This document shows, piece by piece, positions 8,805 through 20,404 of a stretch of 39,536 nucleotides of DNA. A program made the translations under genes and the position numbers. The DNA is taken from positions 1 through 39,536 of the forward strand of contig JAVZDR010000004.1 in NCBI GenBank assembly GCA_038873795.1. Reading direction: 5' to 3'. Below the pieces are notes generated by a model that made no database searches, was not told the DNA's origin, and saw only the letters and a list, made by a program, of their open reading frames with translations. This DNA comes from Candidatus Micrarchaeaceae archaeon. GTDB taxonomy: Archaea; Micrarchaeota; Micrarchaeia; Micrarchaeales; CABMGC01. Within the stretch, counting starts at the first letter, position 1. Each line of letters begins with the position of its first letter.

Positions 8805-10004
8805 CTCTTCTATCGCCTTTGCCTCTTCTTTCTCTATTCCATATTCGCTCTCGAAGAAGCTGTAGCCATCGATTCCATTCAGCCTGCAGCTTTTGAGCAT
8901 TGCGCCAAACAAAGGCATGTAAATCTGTATTATCTCCGATTTGTTTGAGTGCACGGACCTGCCCAGCTTAGAGGCTATAGAGCTGAGCAGCGCCCTCTCC
9001 GTCTTTGTTTCGCTTAGTTGCTTTATCTTTTTGGGAAATGAGTACCGTCTGAGTGTACTTATATGACCATTATTTGCAAGCGCGACGCCGGAAGAGAGCA
9101 GTATTGAGGCGTAGCGCAGGTAGCCATAGTAGCTAGTGCGCTCTGCCTTTTCGATGAATCGGCTGGCCGCGGCAAGCATCTCGTAACTCGCTGCAAGCTC
9201 CTGAAGCGCTATGTATCTGTTAGGTATGTTTTCGTCAACCCAGTTAAGGAGCATGTCAAGGCTTATGTCAGAATTTGCTACGGCATCTTTTGCGGTATAG
9301 AAATTCCTGCTTGAGAATATCTTGTCGAGTATCTCGAATATTTCAAGCTTGTAGCTCCTTGTGCCTATGTTTTCAAGCAGTTCGGGTTTAGCGTCGAAGA
9401 TTAGTTCGAGGTCATTGAGCGCCGCACGCATGTCTCCATTGCTCATCGCCGCAATAGTCTCTATGGTGCTCTCTTCAACATTCTTGCCTTCCTTTTTCGC
9501 TATGTATTTGAGTCTGGCTGCTATCTTCTCCTTGGGAATGCGCTTGAATTCGACCTTTTCTACATAATTTCTAAGGAATGAGACTTTTTGGCTCCAGAAA
9601 TCGTTTCCGACAAAAACTATTGGGTTGCTGCTCTCGCTTATGAACTTGAGTATGACACCCTGCGCTCCCACATCAAATTTCTCGGAGAGCTCGTCTATCT
9701 CATCGAAGAGGACAAGCAGCTTTTTGTGAGTTAGAGTACCAGTGTGGCTTGCCGGAAGCAGAAGCTTTTTCAAGGTAGCAGCGTCCCTGTAATCGCTTGC
9801 ATTCAGCTCTAGCAATTCGAAGCCGCCTGAATAGGCTATCGCGTGGGCTGCCGCTGTTTTGCCGGTTCCTGGCGGACCAAAGATGAAGATGGGCTTCACC
9901 CTTCTGACTTGGGCTTCGGCGCTAAACTCTACTAGCTTAGAAACCGCATCCTCATTCCCAATTATGCCGTTTAGGGTATATGGTATGTACTTATCGCAGA
10001 GCAC
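8790..10004 (-). CDS. rfcL: Replication factor C large subunit
   Basis: KYIP, GPPGTGKT, ELNASD, DEID, GDMRAALNDL, WVDENIP. Confidence 0.92.
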   Translation of the reverse strand: MLCDKYIPYTLNGIIGNEDAVSKLVEFSAEAQVRRVKPIFIFGPPGTGKTAAAHAIAYSGGFELLELNASDYRDAATLKKLLLPASHTGTLTHKKLLVLFDEIDELSEKFDVGAQGVILKFISESSNPIVFVGNDFWSQKVSFLRNYVEKVEFKRIPKEKIAARLKYIAKKEGKNVEESTIETIAAMSNGDMRAALNDLELIFDAKPELLENIGTRSYKLEIFEILDKIFSSRNFYTAKDAVANSDISLDMLLNWVDENIPNRYIALQELAASYEMLAAASRFIEKAERTSYYGYLRYASILLSSGVALANNGHISTLRRYSFPKKIKQLSETKTERALLSSIASKLGRSVHSNKSEIIQIYMPLFGAMLKSCRLNGIDGYSFFESEYGIEKEEAKAIEELYGA

Positions 10005-10072
10005 TCAACCATCACTTCTAATACCACAAATAGGTATATATATTGTATTTGTCTATTATTTTTGATGGTTTT

Positions 10073-10381
10073 ATGAAGATAGGAATTCCGACAGACGATG
10101 GGCGCATTATCTCAGAACATTTCGGCAGGGCGAAATATTTCTTGATAGTTGATACGGAAAATGGCAGTCAGGCAAGGCGGCTCGTTGAAAACCCCCATGA
10201 AAAGGAGGAGAACGAGCAGAGCGGCCATGGAAAACTCCTAAAAATGCTTGTGGAGAACAAAGTGGAGAAGGTTATATGCTTCAATCTCAACCCGAGGATG
10301 GAGAAGAACCTGAAGTCGCTAAAGATAGAGGTTGAGAGAGTAAGCGAAGGCAGCAACATAGAAAGTATATTGCACGGTTGA
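10073..10381 (+). CDS. NifB/NifX-family (FeMo-cofactor-binding-like) small protein
   Basis: MKIGIPTDDG..ISEHFGRAKYFLIV..VENP signature. Confidence 0.85.
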   Translation: MKIGIPTDDGRIISEHFGRAKYFLIVDTENGSQARRLVENPHEKEENEQSGHGKLLKMLVENKVEKVICFNLNPRMEKNLKSLKIEVERVSEGSNIESILHG

Positions 10382-10398
10382 AAAATTATAGGGGATGA

Positions 10399-10451
10399 GA
10401 CAATTCCTCCCACCGCTGAAGCGTGTGGGCTTCCTTGCCGAGAAGAGGTGA
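10399..10451. mobile_element. Orphan IS200/IS605-family terminal hairpin (non-autonomous remnant)
   Basis: CAATTCCTCCCAC-CGC-TGAA-GCG-T-GTGGG-CTTCCTTG; resembles, from recall, IS200/IS605 subterminal palindromes; no tnpA or tnpB nearby. Confidence 0.6.
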
Positions 10452-10478
10452 CTTCTTGCTAGTCGATAAGAATTTTAG

Positions 10479-11744
10479 CTAATACCATCCCCTTGCCTTC
10501 ATTGCCTTTGCCACCCTGTCTACTGCAATTATGTATGCTGCGGTCCTTGGCGTGATTTTTTGGCCTTTGGCTTCGTATTCTTTCTTTGTGTTCATCACGT
10601 CCACAAATGATTTTGTAATTATTTTGTCAAGCTTGCTGTACACTTCTTCTGCTGTCCAGTAGTAGCCGCCTATGTTCTGCACCCACTCGAAATACGAACC
10701 TATTACCCCGCCGCTGTTAACAAGGAAGTCTGGCAGATCTAAGATGCCCCTTTCGTAGAGTATTTTATCGGCTTCTGGCGTAACCGGGCCGTTTGCAAGC
10801 TCAAGTACTAGTTTTGCTTTTATCTTATCTGCGTTGCTTCCTGTTATTTGGTTTTCTATTGCGGCAGGTATGAGGATGTCCACATCGCTTTCGAGCAGTT
10901 CCTCGTTTGTTATCTTTGTGCCGCCTTCGTAATTCTCAACGCTCCCTGTAGCCTCTTTGGCGCTTTCCAGCTTTGCCAGATCAAGACCGTCTGGATCGTA
11001 AATTCCGCCCTTGGAATCGCTTATCGCCACGACATTTGCTCCAAAGAGCTCCTTTGAGAGTTTATATGCATATTTCCCTGCATTCCCAAATCCCTGCACC
11101 GCTATCTTTGCAGTTTTGAGGTTTATGCCAAGTGCCTTTGCCGCTTCCCTCATTACAAACATTCCGCCCATTGCTGTGGAATCGTTTCTGCCTTCCGATC
11201 CCCACGTTTCGAGCGGCTTGCCTGTTATGACTCCAAATTCATTGTGGCCTACGATCTTGCTGTATTCGTCCATCATCCACGCCATGATCTGCGGCGTTGT
11301 ATATACGTCTGGCGCAGGTATGTCGACTTTTGGCCCTATGAACCTGCCTATGGCCCTTATGTAACCACGAGAGAGGGCTTCTAGCTCTGCAGAGTTCATG
11401 GTTTTTGTATCACATATTATGCCACCCTTCGCGCCACCATATGGTATATTTGCCAGACTTGTCTTCCATGTCATCCATGCAGCAAGTGCCTTTACAGTGT
11501 CAAGATTCTCCTCTGGATGGAATCTTATGCCACCTTTTGCTGGGCCCCTAGCATCGTTGTATTGCACCCTGAATCCTGTAAATGTCTTTACCTCACCATC
11601 GCGCATCCTTACCGGTATGTTCACTATAAGGGTCCGCATAGGCTCCCTTAGTATAGCATGCGCTTGTTTGTCAAGATTCATTATCTCGGCTGCTTCATCG
11701 AGCTGTTGCTGGGCTATTCTAAACGGGTTTAATTCTTCTGCCAT
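10479..11744 (-). CDS. gdhA: Glutamate dehydrogenase
   Basis: [51 protein letters not shown]. Confidence 0.97.
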   Translation of the reverse strand: MAEELNPFRIAQQQLDEAAEIMNLDKQAHAILREPMRTLIVNIPVRMRDGEVKTFTGFRVQYNDARGPAKGGIRFHPEENLDTVKALAAWMTWKTSLANIPYGGAKGGIICDTKTMNSAELEALSRGYIRAIGRFIGPKVDIPAPDVYTTPQIMAWMMDEYSKIVGHNEFGVITGKPLETWGSEGRNDSTAMGGMFVMREAAKALGINLKTAKIAVQGFGNAGKYAYKLSKELFGANVVAISDSKGGIYDPDGLDLAKLESAKEATGSVENYEGGTKITNEELLESDVDILIPAAIENQITGSNADKIKAKLVLELANGPVTPEADKILYERGILDLPDFLVNSGGVIGSYFEWVQNIGGYYWTAEEVYSKLDKIITKSFVDVMNTKKEYEAKGQKITPRTAAYIIAVDRVAKAMKARGWY

Positions 11745-11833
11745 ATGAATCACACTCTTAAAAACCCAACAAAATTATTTATATTTATTATGCAAACGTG
11801 TATATCAACCTGCTTATTTAGCAAGATGATTGA

Positions 11834-13297
11834 ATGCCGAAATTCTATATAACAACCCCCATATATTATGTCAATGATAAGCCCCACATAGGGCATGCAT
11901 ATACAACAATTATTGCAGACATTCTTGCAAGGTGGCACAGGCTCAAAGGGGAGGATGTTTTCTTCCTCACAGGCACAGATGAGCACGGCGAAAAGGTTGA
12001 AACCAGCGCCAAAGCTGCAGGAAAAAAGCCAAAGGAATTTGTAGATGAAATAGTAAAGAAGTACTTTGAGACCTGGAAAACCCTCAATATATCATACGAT
12101 AAATTCATAAGGACAAGCGATGAAAGGCATGAGTTGGTTGTCGAGGAATTTATTAAAAAGATCTATGATGCTGGAGACATATACGAAGGTGAATATGAAG
12201 GGTGGTACTGCGTCCATGATGAATCTTTCTTCACAGATCTACAGCTTAAAGATGGCAAGTGCCCAGAATGCGGCAGGGAGGTCAAGAAAGTAAAAGAAAA
12301 ATCGTATTTTTTCAGGCTTAGCAAATATCAGGGCAGGCTGCTTGAACTCTACAGATCAAATCCAAAATTTTTGTCACCGGAATCCCGCGCTGCCGAAATA
12401 ATAAACAGGGTTAAGGAGGGCTTGAAGGATGTGAGCATAACAAGGAAGGCCATAAAATGGGGCATAAAGTTCCCAATAGACGAAAGTTATACTGTTTATG
12501 TGTGGATAGATGCCCTCGCAAACTACATCAGCGCACTTGGTTGGCCTGATGGCAACTTTTCAAGATTTTGGCCTGCGGATGTGCATTTGATTGGTAAAGA
12601 GATAAACTGGTTCCATTCAGTAATATGGCCTGCGCTCCTGATGTCTGCCGGCATTGAACCACCCAGGATGGTCTTTGCGCATGGATGGTGGACTGTGGAT
12701 GGCAAAAAAATGAGCAAGTCGCTGAAAAATGTGGTTGACCCGGTTGAGATTTCAAAAGAGTATGGTGTTGATCAATTCAGGTATGCTCTTGTGCGGGAGA
12801 TGCCGCTTGGTGATGATGGCGATTTTTCGAAAGAGAAGCTTGTCTCTAGGATAAACGGTGAGCTTGTTGCGGAATTGGGTAATCTTGTCTATAGAGTATT
12901 AAGCCTCGGCGAAAAATTTGAGGGAAAAATTGAGGGCAGGCCTGAAATTGAAAAATACCTGAATATTGGAAGGATCGATGCATTGATGGAGAACCTTGAC
13001 CTGTTTAATGCGCTTGGAGAGATCTTCGGATTCATAAGGCAAGTAAATAGGTACATAAATGAGAAGGAGCCGTGGAAGCTTGGCGGTGCTGACCTCGGAA
13101 ACTTCCTATACAACACGCTTGAAGCTATAAGGATAATATCTATACTCATAAGCCCATTCATGCCAGAGACTTCAGAAAAAATTAATGCACAGTTGGGCAT
13201 AAAGGGCCAGCTGCTAAGCGATTGCAGATTTATGGACCATTTCTATGGAAAGATTAATAAAGGACCTTATCTATTTAACAAGATTGCCAAGGCCTAG
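11834..13297 (+). CDS. metG: Methionine--tRNA ligase (short, bacterial MetRS1-type)
   Basis: FYITTPIYYVNDKPHIGHAYTT, TGTDEHG, single Zn knuckle, YVWIDAL, KMSKS. Confidence 0.96.
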   Translation: MPKFYITTPIYYVNDKPHIGHAYTTIIADILARWHRLKGEDVFFLTGTDEHGEKVETSAKAAGKKPKEFVDEIVKKYFETWKTLNISYDKFIRTSDERHELVVEEFIKKIYDAGDIYEGEYEGWYCVHDESFFTDLQLKDGKCPECGREVKKVKEKSYFFRLSKYQGRLLELYRSNPKFLSPESRAAEIINRVKEGLKDVSITRKAIKWGIKFPIDESYTVYVWIDALANYISALGWPDGNFSRFWPADVHLIGKEINWFHSVIWPALLMSAGIEPPRMVFAHGWWTVDGKKMSKSLKNVVDPVEISKEYGVDQFRYALVREMPLGDDGDFSKEKLVSRINGELVAELGNLVYRVLSLGEKFEGKIEGRPEIEKYLNIGRIDALMENLDLFNALGEIFGFIRQVNRYINEKEPWKLGGADLGNFLYNTLEAIRIISILISPFMPETSEKINAQLGIKGQLLSDCRFMDHFYGKINKGPYLFNKIAKA

Positions 13298-13377
13298 TAT
13301 TTATTGGCGGTGCGACTTTGCAATGCACATTTTTTATTAGTTGGCGCACAATTATAATTGTCATGTAATGGGGGACC

Positions 13378-15438
13378 ATGGAAACAATAGCCGGCGAAGA
13401 GCTGAAGAGCAAGTTCGTAGACTTCTTTAACGCCTACTATATAGATGCGATAAACGACATGTTCATAAGCTATCCGAAAAGGCGAAGCGTACTCATCGAT
13501 ATAAAGGATCTGGAGAAGTTTGATGTGGACCTTGCAAACGAGCTCATTAACAATCCAGATGCGGTGATAATTGCAGCAAATTCTGCGATGGCATCCATGA
13601 ACCCGCACAAGGACGCCAAAGAGCCAGTTTATGCGAGGTTCTTCGGTGCAGAGAATGAAGATATGCTTATCCAAAACATAGGATCCCGCTTTATCGGCAA
13701 ACTCCTAACCATAGATTCGCTTGTTGTGAAAAGGTCGGAGATCATACCAAAAGTGCGCATAGGCCTGTTTAAGTGCTCTTTCTGTGGGACAACGGTGAAG
13801 GTGCAGATTGAAAATGGCGAGGTCCCTGAGACCTGCCCGCAGTGCAAACGTAAATCGCTCAAGCAGATAAATGAAGAGAGTGAGTTTGCGGATATGCAGA
13901 GAATTGCGGTGCAGGATCCATTGGAAAAGCTGAAGGGTGGAATGCCTACATGGCAGCTCGAGATATGGCTCAGCGACGATATGGTAAATACGCTCATACC
14001 AGGAGACAGGGCTGCAATAACTGGGATTTTGCGCATAAGGCCTAGGCTAGGCTTCAGGAAAAAGGAGGAGAAGTCGCTCTTCACAATGTTCTTCGATGCG
14101 GTATCAATTGTGCCAAAGCAGAAGGAATTTGCTGAGATAGAGATAAGTGCTGAAGAGGAAAAGGAGATACTCGAGCTTGCTAAGGATCCGCATATAATTG
14201 AAAAGATAACCGCGTCTATAGCACCTTCAATCTATGGCCATGATGAGATAAAGAGGGCCCTTGCATTCCAGCTATTTGGTGGCACGCCTGGCAAGAGGCT
14301 CATAGATGGCGGCATAATAAGAAGCGATATACATATATTGCTCATAGGAGACCCCGGCTCGGCAAAGACAAGGCTGCTCCAGGCGGTTTCAGAGATTGTG
14401 CCGAAGGGCATATATGTAAGTGGAAAGGCTACAACCTCGGCAGGATTGACTGCAAGTGCTGAGCGGGATGAGTTCTCAGAAGGAGGGTGGACTCTGCGCG
14501 CTGGGGCCCTGGTACTAGGCTCAGGTGGCGAGGTGAGCATAGACGAATTTGACAAAATAAGCGATGAGGATAAATCATCACTGCTTGAGGCGCTTGAATC
14601 CCAAACGATCAGCATTGCAAAGGCAGGAATTGTCGCGAGGTTTAGCGCAAAGGCGTCAGTATTGGCTGCTGCAAACCCAAAGTTTGGGAGATTTGATGCC
14701 AATATTTATCCGGCAGAGCAGTTTGACATCCCACCAACCTTGCTTTCGAGATTTGACCTTATCTTCCCGATAATGGATGTGCTTGATGAGGAACATGACA
14801 AGAAGATTGCTGAGCACATACTTATACAGCATGAGGCCGCTGGGGCGAGGGTCCTTGAGCTTGAGAACTATGAACAGGTTCCGACGCCTCCGATCTCGCC
14901 AGAAATGCTTAGGAAGTATATCGCCTACGCCAGGCAGAACATAAAGCCTCTATTGACAAGCGAAGCCAGCAAAAAGATAGAGGATTTTTACATCTCGCTT
15001 AGGAAGCTTGGCATCAAGCAGGGTGCAGTCCCAATAACGCCGAGGCAGATAGAAGGGCTTGTCAGGCTTGCTGAAGCCAGCGCAAAGGCAAGGCTGGCAG
15101 ATAAGGTTGGGGAAGCAGACGCGGCGAACGCCATATCCCTTGTAGAGTATATGCTTAGGACCTTAGCTGTTGACAGAGGAGGGAGGTTTGACATAGACAC
15201 GCTTATTACGGGCATGCCAAGAGAGAAGGTTAAAAAGATCAACGTAATAATGAGCATAATAAAGAAATTCGAGGATGAGGAGGGGAGCGCGAAGATAGGG
15301 AGTGTGCTTGATGATGCTGAAAAGAATGGTATAGACAGGGCAACTGCCACAAGGTATATAAACGAGCTTGAGAGAAGCGGTGACATTTACACGCCCAAAC
15401 CTGGCATCATAAAGATAGTGAGGCACGAAGAGGAGTAA
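13378..15438 (+). CDS. mcm: MCM replicative helicase
   Basis: CxxC..CxxC Zn finger, IAPSIYG, GDPGSAKT, IDEFDK, SIAKAGI, AANPKFGRFD, LLSRFDL, ITPRQ. Confidence 0.97.
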   Translation: METIAGEELKSKFVDFFNAYYIDAINDMFISYPKRRSVLIDIKDLEKFDVDLANELINNPDAVIIAANSAMASMNPHKDAKEPVYARFFGAENEDMLIQNIGSRFIGKLLTIDSLVVKRSEIIPKVRIGLFKCSFCGTTVKVQIENGEVPETCPQCKRKSLKQINEESEFADMQRIAVQDPLEKLKGGMPTWQLEIWLSDDMVNTLIPGDRAAITGILRIRPRLGFRKKEEKSLFTMFFDAVSIVPKQKEFAEIEISAEEEKEILELAKDPHIIEKITASIAPSIYGHDEIKRALAFQLFGGTPGKRLIDGGIIRSDIHILLIGDPGSAKTRLLQAVSEIVPKGIYVSGKATTSAGLTASAERDEFSEGGWTLRAGALVLGSGGEVSIDEFDKISDEDKSSLLEALESQTISIAKAGIVARFSAKASVLAAANPKFGRFDANIYPAEQFDIPPTLLSRFDLIFPIMDVLDEEHDKKIAEHILIQHEAAGARVLELENYEQVPTPPISPEMLRKYIAYARQNIKPLLTSEASKKIEDFYISLRKLGIKQGAVPITPRQIEGLVRLAEASAKARLADKVGEADAANAISLVEYMLRTLAVDRGGRFDIDTLITGMPREKVKKINVIMSIIKKFEDEEGSAKIGSVLDDAEKNGIDRATATRYINELERSGDIYTPKPGIIKIVRHEEE

Positions 15439-16467
15439 ATGGAGCTCAGGCAGATAAGCAGCAGGCAGATTCTACAGATATTCACAATATTTCTCATAGT
15501 GCAATTCGGTGGTTTTCTCCTTGCATTCGCAGGGGGCATAAGCATTAGCACGGCACACAGCTATGCTGTAAGCACGCCAGCCCAGACTCTTTGGTATGCT
15601 GTATATATAATACTGGTTGCACTTGTCATGGTGCTGATAATAAAGCTCTACAGCAGCGAGATAATATTCAAGCTCATTGAGGGCTTTGTGGTAATTGCTT
15701 CGTCATTTTTCGTATTTCTGATTATCCTCGGATATGCTGCACCTACCGCCGTGCTGCTCGACTCGTCCATAGCGCTTCTGCTAGCGGTCCTGCTTGTGAT
15801 TGCAAAAAACAGGAGGCCTTCGCTTAGGAATACGACAGCAATAATAGCTAGCATCGGTGTTGGCGTCGTGCTCGGCATAAGCTTCGGCTTCTATGCCGCA
15901 TTCGTGCTTTTCATAATAATAGGTGTTTACGACTTTGTCGCTGTATTCATAACAAAGCATATGATTACTCTAGCCAGGGCTGTCTCAAGCAAGAATCTTG
16001 CTTTTCTTGTGAGCAGCACCGATGTGGAGACCGTATCAAGAGGCATCTTCCCAAATAGCAAAAAGGTTGCACAATACATAAAAGAGATCAAGAAATCCAA
16101 GAACCCAATACTTAACAAACTTCTCATGGGCGGTAAGATACCAATAGTAAGCCAGATACAGCTTGGGGCCGGCGATCTTGGCATACCGCTGATGATGGCA
16201 ATCAGCACAGCTGGATATTTTGGCAGTTATTTCCTAGGCATAGCCACTGTTGTGGGAAGCGCTTCGGGCCTGCTTTTCACGATGTGGATCCTTAGACGCT
16301 ATAAAAAGCCTTTGCCAGCAATACCTCCGATATTAGCATTCACGAGCTTTGCATTTGCTGTTGCTTTCTTCTTGAAGGGTTTTGGGGCAATGCTCTCTGG
16401 CGCGTTTGCCGCAATCGCCTTATGCTTTCTTCTACTTATAATGCTTGGTGTGAAAAAGGCAAGTTAG
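15439..16467 (+). CDS. Presenilin/SPP-like intramembrane aspartyl protease
   Basis: Multiple TM helices; YD (GVYDFVAV), LGAGD and PAIP motifs. Confidence 0.88.
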   Translation: MELRQISSRQILQIFTIFLIVQFGGFLLAFAGGISISTAHSYAVSTPAQTLWYAVYIILVALVMVLIIKLYSSEIIFKLIEGFVVIASSFFVFLIILGYAAPTAVLLDSSIALLLAVLLVIAKNRRPSLRNTTAIIASIGVGVVLGISFGFYAAFVLFIIIGVYDFVAVFITKHMITLARAVSSKNLAFLVSSTDVETVSRGIFPNSKKVAQYIKEIKKSKNPILNKLLMGGKIPIVSQIQLGAGDLGIPLMMAISTAGYFGSYFLGIATVVGSASGLLFTMWILRRYKKPLPAIPPILAFTSFAFAVAFFLKGFGAMLSGAFAAIALCFLLLIMLGVKKAS

Positions 16468-17585
16468 AAGAAGCCAAACCTCTTGTCCTTTGATCCTTCG
16501 TGTAGCTCCTTGAAGCGCTGAAGCGTTTCCCTTTCCTCCTTCGTCATATCTTTTGGTATATCTATATTTACAATTGCTATTTCATCACCGCGCCTATTGC
16601 CATAAAATGACTTTATGCCTTTTCCTTTAAGCAGAATCTTCTGGCCTTGCTGGGTTCCAGGGCTTATGGCAATATTTTCGCTTCCGTATAGCGTAGGCAC
16701 ACTGATATTCCCGCCGAGAGCAGCAAGATAGAAAGGCAGATGAATATCCACATAGATATTGTCGCCCTCGCGCCTAAATACGTCGTCTTGCTGGATATGG
16801 ACCTCCACATAAAGGTCACCGGCGCCATCCCTACCATAGTCGCCCATGCCCTTTAGCCTTAATCGCATTCCATCAGTAACCCCTGCTGGTATTGTCACTG
16901 TTATATCATCAGTAGCAACAATGCCACCCTTGCCATTGCAGACCTTGCATTTCTTTTCGAATACCTTGCCTGTTCCCATGCATGTTGGGCATGTGCTTAT
17001 GGTCTGTATCCTGCCAAAAAATGTATTCTTCATCGATTTAACAGTTCCTGTGCCGCCGCATGTTGGACATTTGATCAGCTTTGATCCTGGCTCTGCACCC
17101 GTGCCATTGCAGTGTGGGCACTTCTTTATATGCTTTATAGAAATCTCCTTCTCAGCGCCTTCCGCAGCATCCTTTAGACTTATATTCATCTTGCGCAGTA
17201 TGTTTTGGCCGGTATCTCTGGACCGAGCTCCCTGGCCGCCGAAGAAGAAACTATCGAAAAGGTCGTTAGGATTTGAAAAATCAATGTTGAGGTTCAGTCC
17301 CAAGTCACGGAACATCTGGTCAAAGTCAAATCCCCTGAAAATGTCTTCGGAGCTGTACCTCTGCCCAAACTGCTCTGGGCCAAACATATCATACTGTCTG
17401 CGCTTATCTGGGTCGCTTAGGACTGCATATGCCTCGTTGATCTCTTTGAATTTTTCTTCTGCGTTCTTGTCGCCTTTGTTCCTATCCGGATGGTATTTGA
17501 ATGCAAGAGCCCTAAACGCCCTTTTTATTTCGTCTTCGCTTGCATCCTTTGGCACGCCTAGAATTTCATAGTAGTCTTTTGCCAT
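16464..17585 (-). CDS. dnaJ: Chaperone DnaJ
   Basis: J-domain HPD, four CxxCxGxG repeats. Confidence 0.98.
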   Translation of the reverse strand: MAKDYYEILGVPKDASEDEIKRAFRALAFKYHPDRNKGDKNAEEKFKEINEAYAVLSDPDKRRQYDMFGPEQFGQRYSSEDIFRGFDFDQMFRDLGLNLNIDFSNPNDLFDSFFFGGQGARSRDTGQNILRKMNISLKDAAEGAEKEISIKHIKKCPHCNGTGAEPGSKLIKCPTCGGTGTVKSMKNTFFGRIQTISTCPTCMGTGKVFEKKCKVCNGKGGIVATDDITVTIPAGVTDGMRLRLKGMGDYGRDGAGDLYVEVHIQQDDVFRREGDNIYVDIHLPFYLAALGGNISVPTLYGSENIAISPGTQQGQKILLKGKGIKSFYGNRRGDEIAIVNIDIPKDMTKEERETLQRFKELHEGSKDKRFGFF

Positions 17586-17597
17586 TGCACCATTTTG

Positions 17598-19445
17598 CTA
17601 TTTATTTACTCTGAAGTCTGCATCCGCAGTACCGGCCTCACCACTTGGCCCGCCCTCAGTTGAGCTTCCACCTGTTCCGGTAAAGCCGGTGCCGCCTTGC
17701 CCAGAGGAATACATACCTGCGCCTATGCCCCTTATTATCTCGTTGAGCTCGTCCATCTTCTCCTTTATCCTTTCATAATCTTCGCCCTTGATTGCGTCTT
17801 TCAGCGCAGCTATTGCCTCTTTTGCCTTTTCTGCGCTTTCACTTTGAATTTTCCCTTGGTTTTCCTTGAGGAATTTCTCAGACGTATATATTAGGGATTC
17901 TGCTGAATTCTTCAGCTCAATCTCTTCCCTCTTCTTTTTATCCTCTTCTGCATATTTTTCTGCTTCTTGTATTTTTCTATCCAGTTCCTCCTTTGACATC
18001 TTGTTTGGGGCTATTATCTGCATGCTCTGGGCCTTCCCGGTAGCCTTGTCGGTAGCTGTCACATGCAAAATGCCATTTGCATCGATGTCGAACGTCACTT
18101 CTATCTGTGGCACACCCCTAGGAGCCGGCGGAATACCGGTAAGCATGAAGCTTCCGAGGTCTATGTTATCTGCTGCCATCGTGCGCTCCCCCTGCAGCAC
18201 ATGTATGTTAACTGTGGTTTGGCCGTCTTCAGCCGTTGTAAATATCTGGCTCTTCTTGACCGGTATTGTTGTGTTTCTCTCTATTATCTTGGTCATAACG
18301 TTGCCCAGAGTTTCTATTCCAAGCGAAAGAGGCGTAACATCAAGCAGCACTATGTCCTTTACCTCGCCGGTCAAAACTCCAGCTTGGATTGCTGCGCCAA
18401 GCGCGACAGCTTCCATTGGGTCTACGCCCCGCTCTATCTTTTTGCCTAGAAGCTGCTCTATGTACCTCTGTACTATAGGCATCCTCGTCGGCCCGCCAAT
18501 TAGTATCACTTTATCTATGTCCTTTGGCTCAAGCTTTGCGTCTTTCAGGGCCTGCGAAACCGGCTTGGTAGTGCGCTCTACTATTGGCAATACCAAATCC
18601 TCAAGCTTTGCCCGTGTTAGAGTATATGTGAAATGAACTGGTACATTGCCAGGACCCATTGTCAGGAATGGGAGGTTAATCTCTGTATTCAGTGTCGTTG
18701 AGAGCTCTATCTTAGCCTTTTCTGCTGCTTCCCTGACCCTTTGCATGGCTTGCTTGTCCTTTGAAATGTCTACGCCAGATGATTTCTTTATCTCTCCAAC
18801 TAGGAAATCTGTCACAGCGTTGTCCATGTCTGTGCCACCTAGTTGAGTGTCGCCGCTTGTCGCCTTTACCTCAAATACCCCATTACCAAACTCCATTATT
18901 GTAACATCAAGCGTGCCGCCGCCGAAGTCATAGACAAGTATCTTCATTTCCTTGTTTGCCTTGTCTAGCCCATATGCGAGGCATGCTGCGGTTGGTTCAT
19001 TGACAAGCCTCACCACCTCCAACCCAGCTATCTCGCCCGCATCTTTTGTAGCCTGCCTTTGGTTGTCGTTGAAATATGCTGGCACGGTTATTACAGCCTG
19101 CTTCACCTCCTCGCCAAGAAATGCCTCAGCATCCTTCTTTATCTTCTGGAGCAGCATTGCTGAGAGCTCCTGGGGCGAGTATTCCTTTCCAAGGAGCTTG
19201 TATTTGTAGCTGGTGCCCATCTTTCGCTTGAAACCCGTTACTGTACCTTCTGGATTTGCGACGGCCTGCCTTCTGGCGGGCTCGCCCACAAGCCTCTGCC
19301 CATCTTTTGTAAAGGCAACATAGCTTGGGAATGCCTTTCCGTAAAGCGTCGAGCCTTCGCTACTTGGTATTATTACCGGCCTTCCCCCTTCAAGAACAGC
19401 GGCTGCCGAATTCGAAGTTCCCAAGTCTATTCCGATTATCTTCAT
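17598..19445 (-). CDS. dnaK: Chaperone DnaK (Hsp70)
   Basis: [44 protein letters not shown] 19445 with GGTGA RBS. Confidence 0.98.
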   Translation of the reverse strand: MKIIGIDLGTSNSAAAVLEGGRPVIIPSSEGSTLYGKAFPSYVAFTKDGQRLVGEPARRQAVANPEGTVTGFKRKMGTSYKYKLLGKEYSPQELSAMLLQKIKKDAEAFLGEEVKQAVITVPAYFNDNQRQATKDAGEIAGLEVVRLVNEPTAACLAYGLDKANKEMKILVYDFGGGTLDVTIMEFGNGVFEVKATSGDTQLGGTDMDNAVTDFLVGEIKKSSGVDISKDKQAMQRVREAAEKAKIELSTTLNTEINLPFLTMGPGNVPVHFTYTLTRAKLEDLVLPIVERTTKPVSQALKDAKLEPKDIDKVILIGGPTRMPIVQRYIEQLLGKKIERGVDPMEAVALGAAIQAGVLTGEVKDIVLLDVTPLSLGIETLGNVMTKIIERNTTIPVKKSQIFTTAEDGQTTVNIHVLQGERTMAADNIDLGSFMLTGIPPAPRGVPQIEVTFDIDANGILHVTATDKATGKAQSMQIIAPNKMSKEELDRKIQEAEKYAEEDKKKREEIELKNSAESLIYTSEKFLKENQGKIQSESAEKAKEAIAALKDAIKGEDYERIKEKMDELNEIIRGIGAGMYSSGQGGTGFTGTGGSSTEGGPSGEAGTADADFRVNK

Positions 19446-19455
19446 GTTTTCACCA

Positions 19456-20001
19456 CTATTTTTGCTTTGTTTGAGCATCATCCTTCTTTTTCTCATTTGC
19501 GACAATTACGGCTGCTGGGCGCAGCAAAATGTCATTGAGCATGTACCCTTTCCTTACGACCTCAAGTATTGAACCTGGCTTTTCTGTGCTTTCTTTTGTC
19601 ATAAGTATCTCGTGCTTGTACGGATCGAATTGGCCGTCTGTCTCAATCTGTGATAGTCCTTCCTTCTTAAGCTCTGTGAGCATATTTGAATATATGAGCT
19701 CCAGGCCCTTTCTGGCGCTGTCAGAACTGCTGAGAGAATCTATGGCTATTTCAATCTCGTCTATTGTTGGGAGGATCTTCTTAACAAGCTCAGCTTTCGC
19801 AAGCGTCTTGATGCTCTCTGCGTCCTTTGCGGCGCGCTTCTTGTAATTGTCAAACTCTGCAGCCAGCCTCAGATACCTATCGAAGAGCTCTTTGTATGCC
19901 TCGCTGTTTTTTATCTCCTCCAAAGCCTTGGCCTCCTGCTGCTTAGCATCCTTCTTGCCCTCTGCCTCATTTTTTTGTTCTTCTTTCTTCTCTTCTGCCA
20001 T
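19456..20001 (-). CDS. grpE: Nucleotide exchange factor GrpE
   Basis: [42 protein letters not shown] before ATG 20001. Confidence 0.96.
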   Translation of the reverse strand: MAEEKKEEQKNEAEGKKDAKQQEAKALEEIKNSEAYKELFDRYLRLAAEFDNYKKRAAKDAESIKTLAKAELVKKILPTIDEIEIAIDSLSSSDSARKGLELIYSNMLTELKKEGLSQIETDGQFDPYKHEILMTKESTEKPGSILEVVRKGYMLNDILLRPAAVIVANEKKKDDAQTKQK

Positions 20002-20404
20002 AATCACCGCCAATTAGAATTTTATCCAGCCTGCTAGCAAATTCAAGCATCCTTTCGAATTCCCTTATGATATCTGCCTGCATCGCCTCTATTGTGCTCT
20101 CCATGTCAGCCTCCCTCAGCAGATACCTCCTGCCCCTTCTTGTGGCAAGGCCTATGCTTATAAGCCTGTTTATATGGTAAATTGTTGTTGTCCGTGGTAT
20201 TTCCAGCTTCTGGGCGAGCTCTTTGCTGGTTAGCCCATTGCCAACCAGGCTTGCTGCGGTTATCTCTTTCAGTATCTCCTGCTCTATGCTGTGCTTATCT
20301 TCAGACAAGCCGAAGGCTTTGCAGAACCATGAAACCAAGCTATCGACATTCTCAGACTTTGGCTTGCCGACTTGTCTGACAATTACCTTTTCTTCTGCGC
20401 CCAT
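19967..20404 (-). CDS. Winged-helix regulator, first gene of the grpE-dnaK-dnaJ operon
   Basis: LTSKELAQKLEIPRTTTIYHINRLISIGL..RGRRYLLR HTH-plus-wing; overlaps grpE by 35 nt. Confidence 0.8.
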   Translation of the reverse strand: MGAEEKVIVRQVGKPKSENVDSLVSWFCKAFGLSEDKHSIEQEILKEITAASLVGNGLTSKELAQKLEIPRTTTIYHINRLISIGLATRRGRRYLLREADMESTIEAMQADIIREFERMLEFASRLDKILIGGDYGRREERRTKK

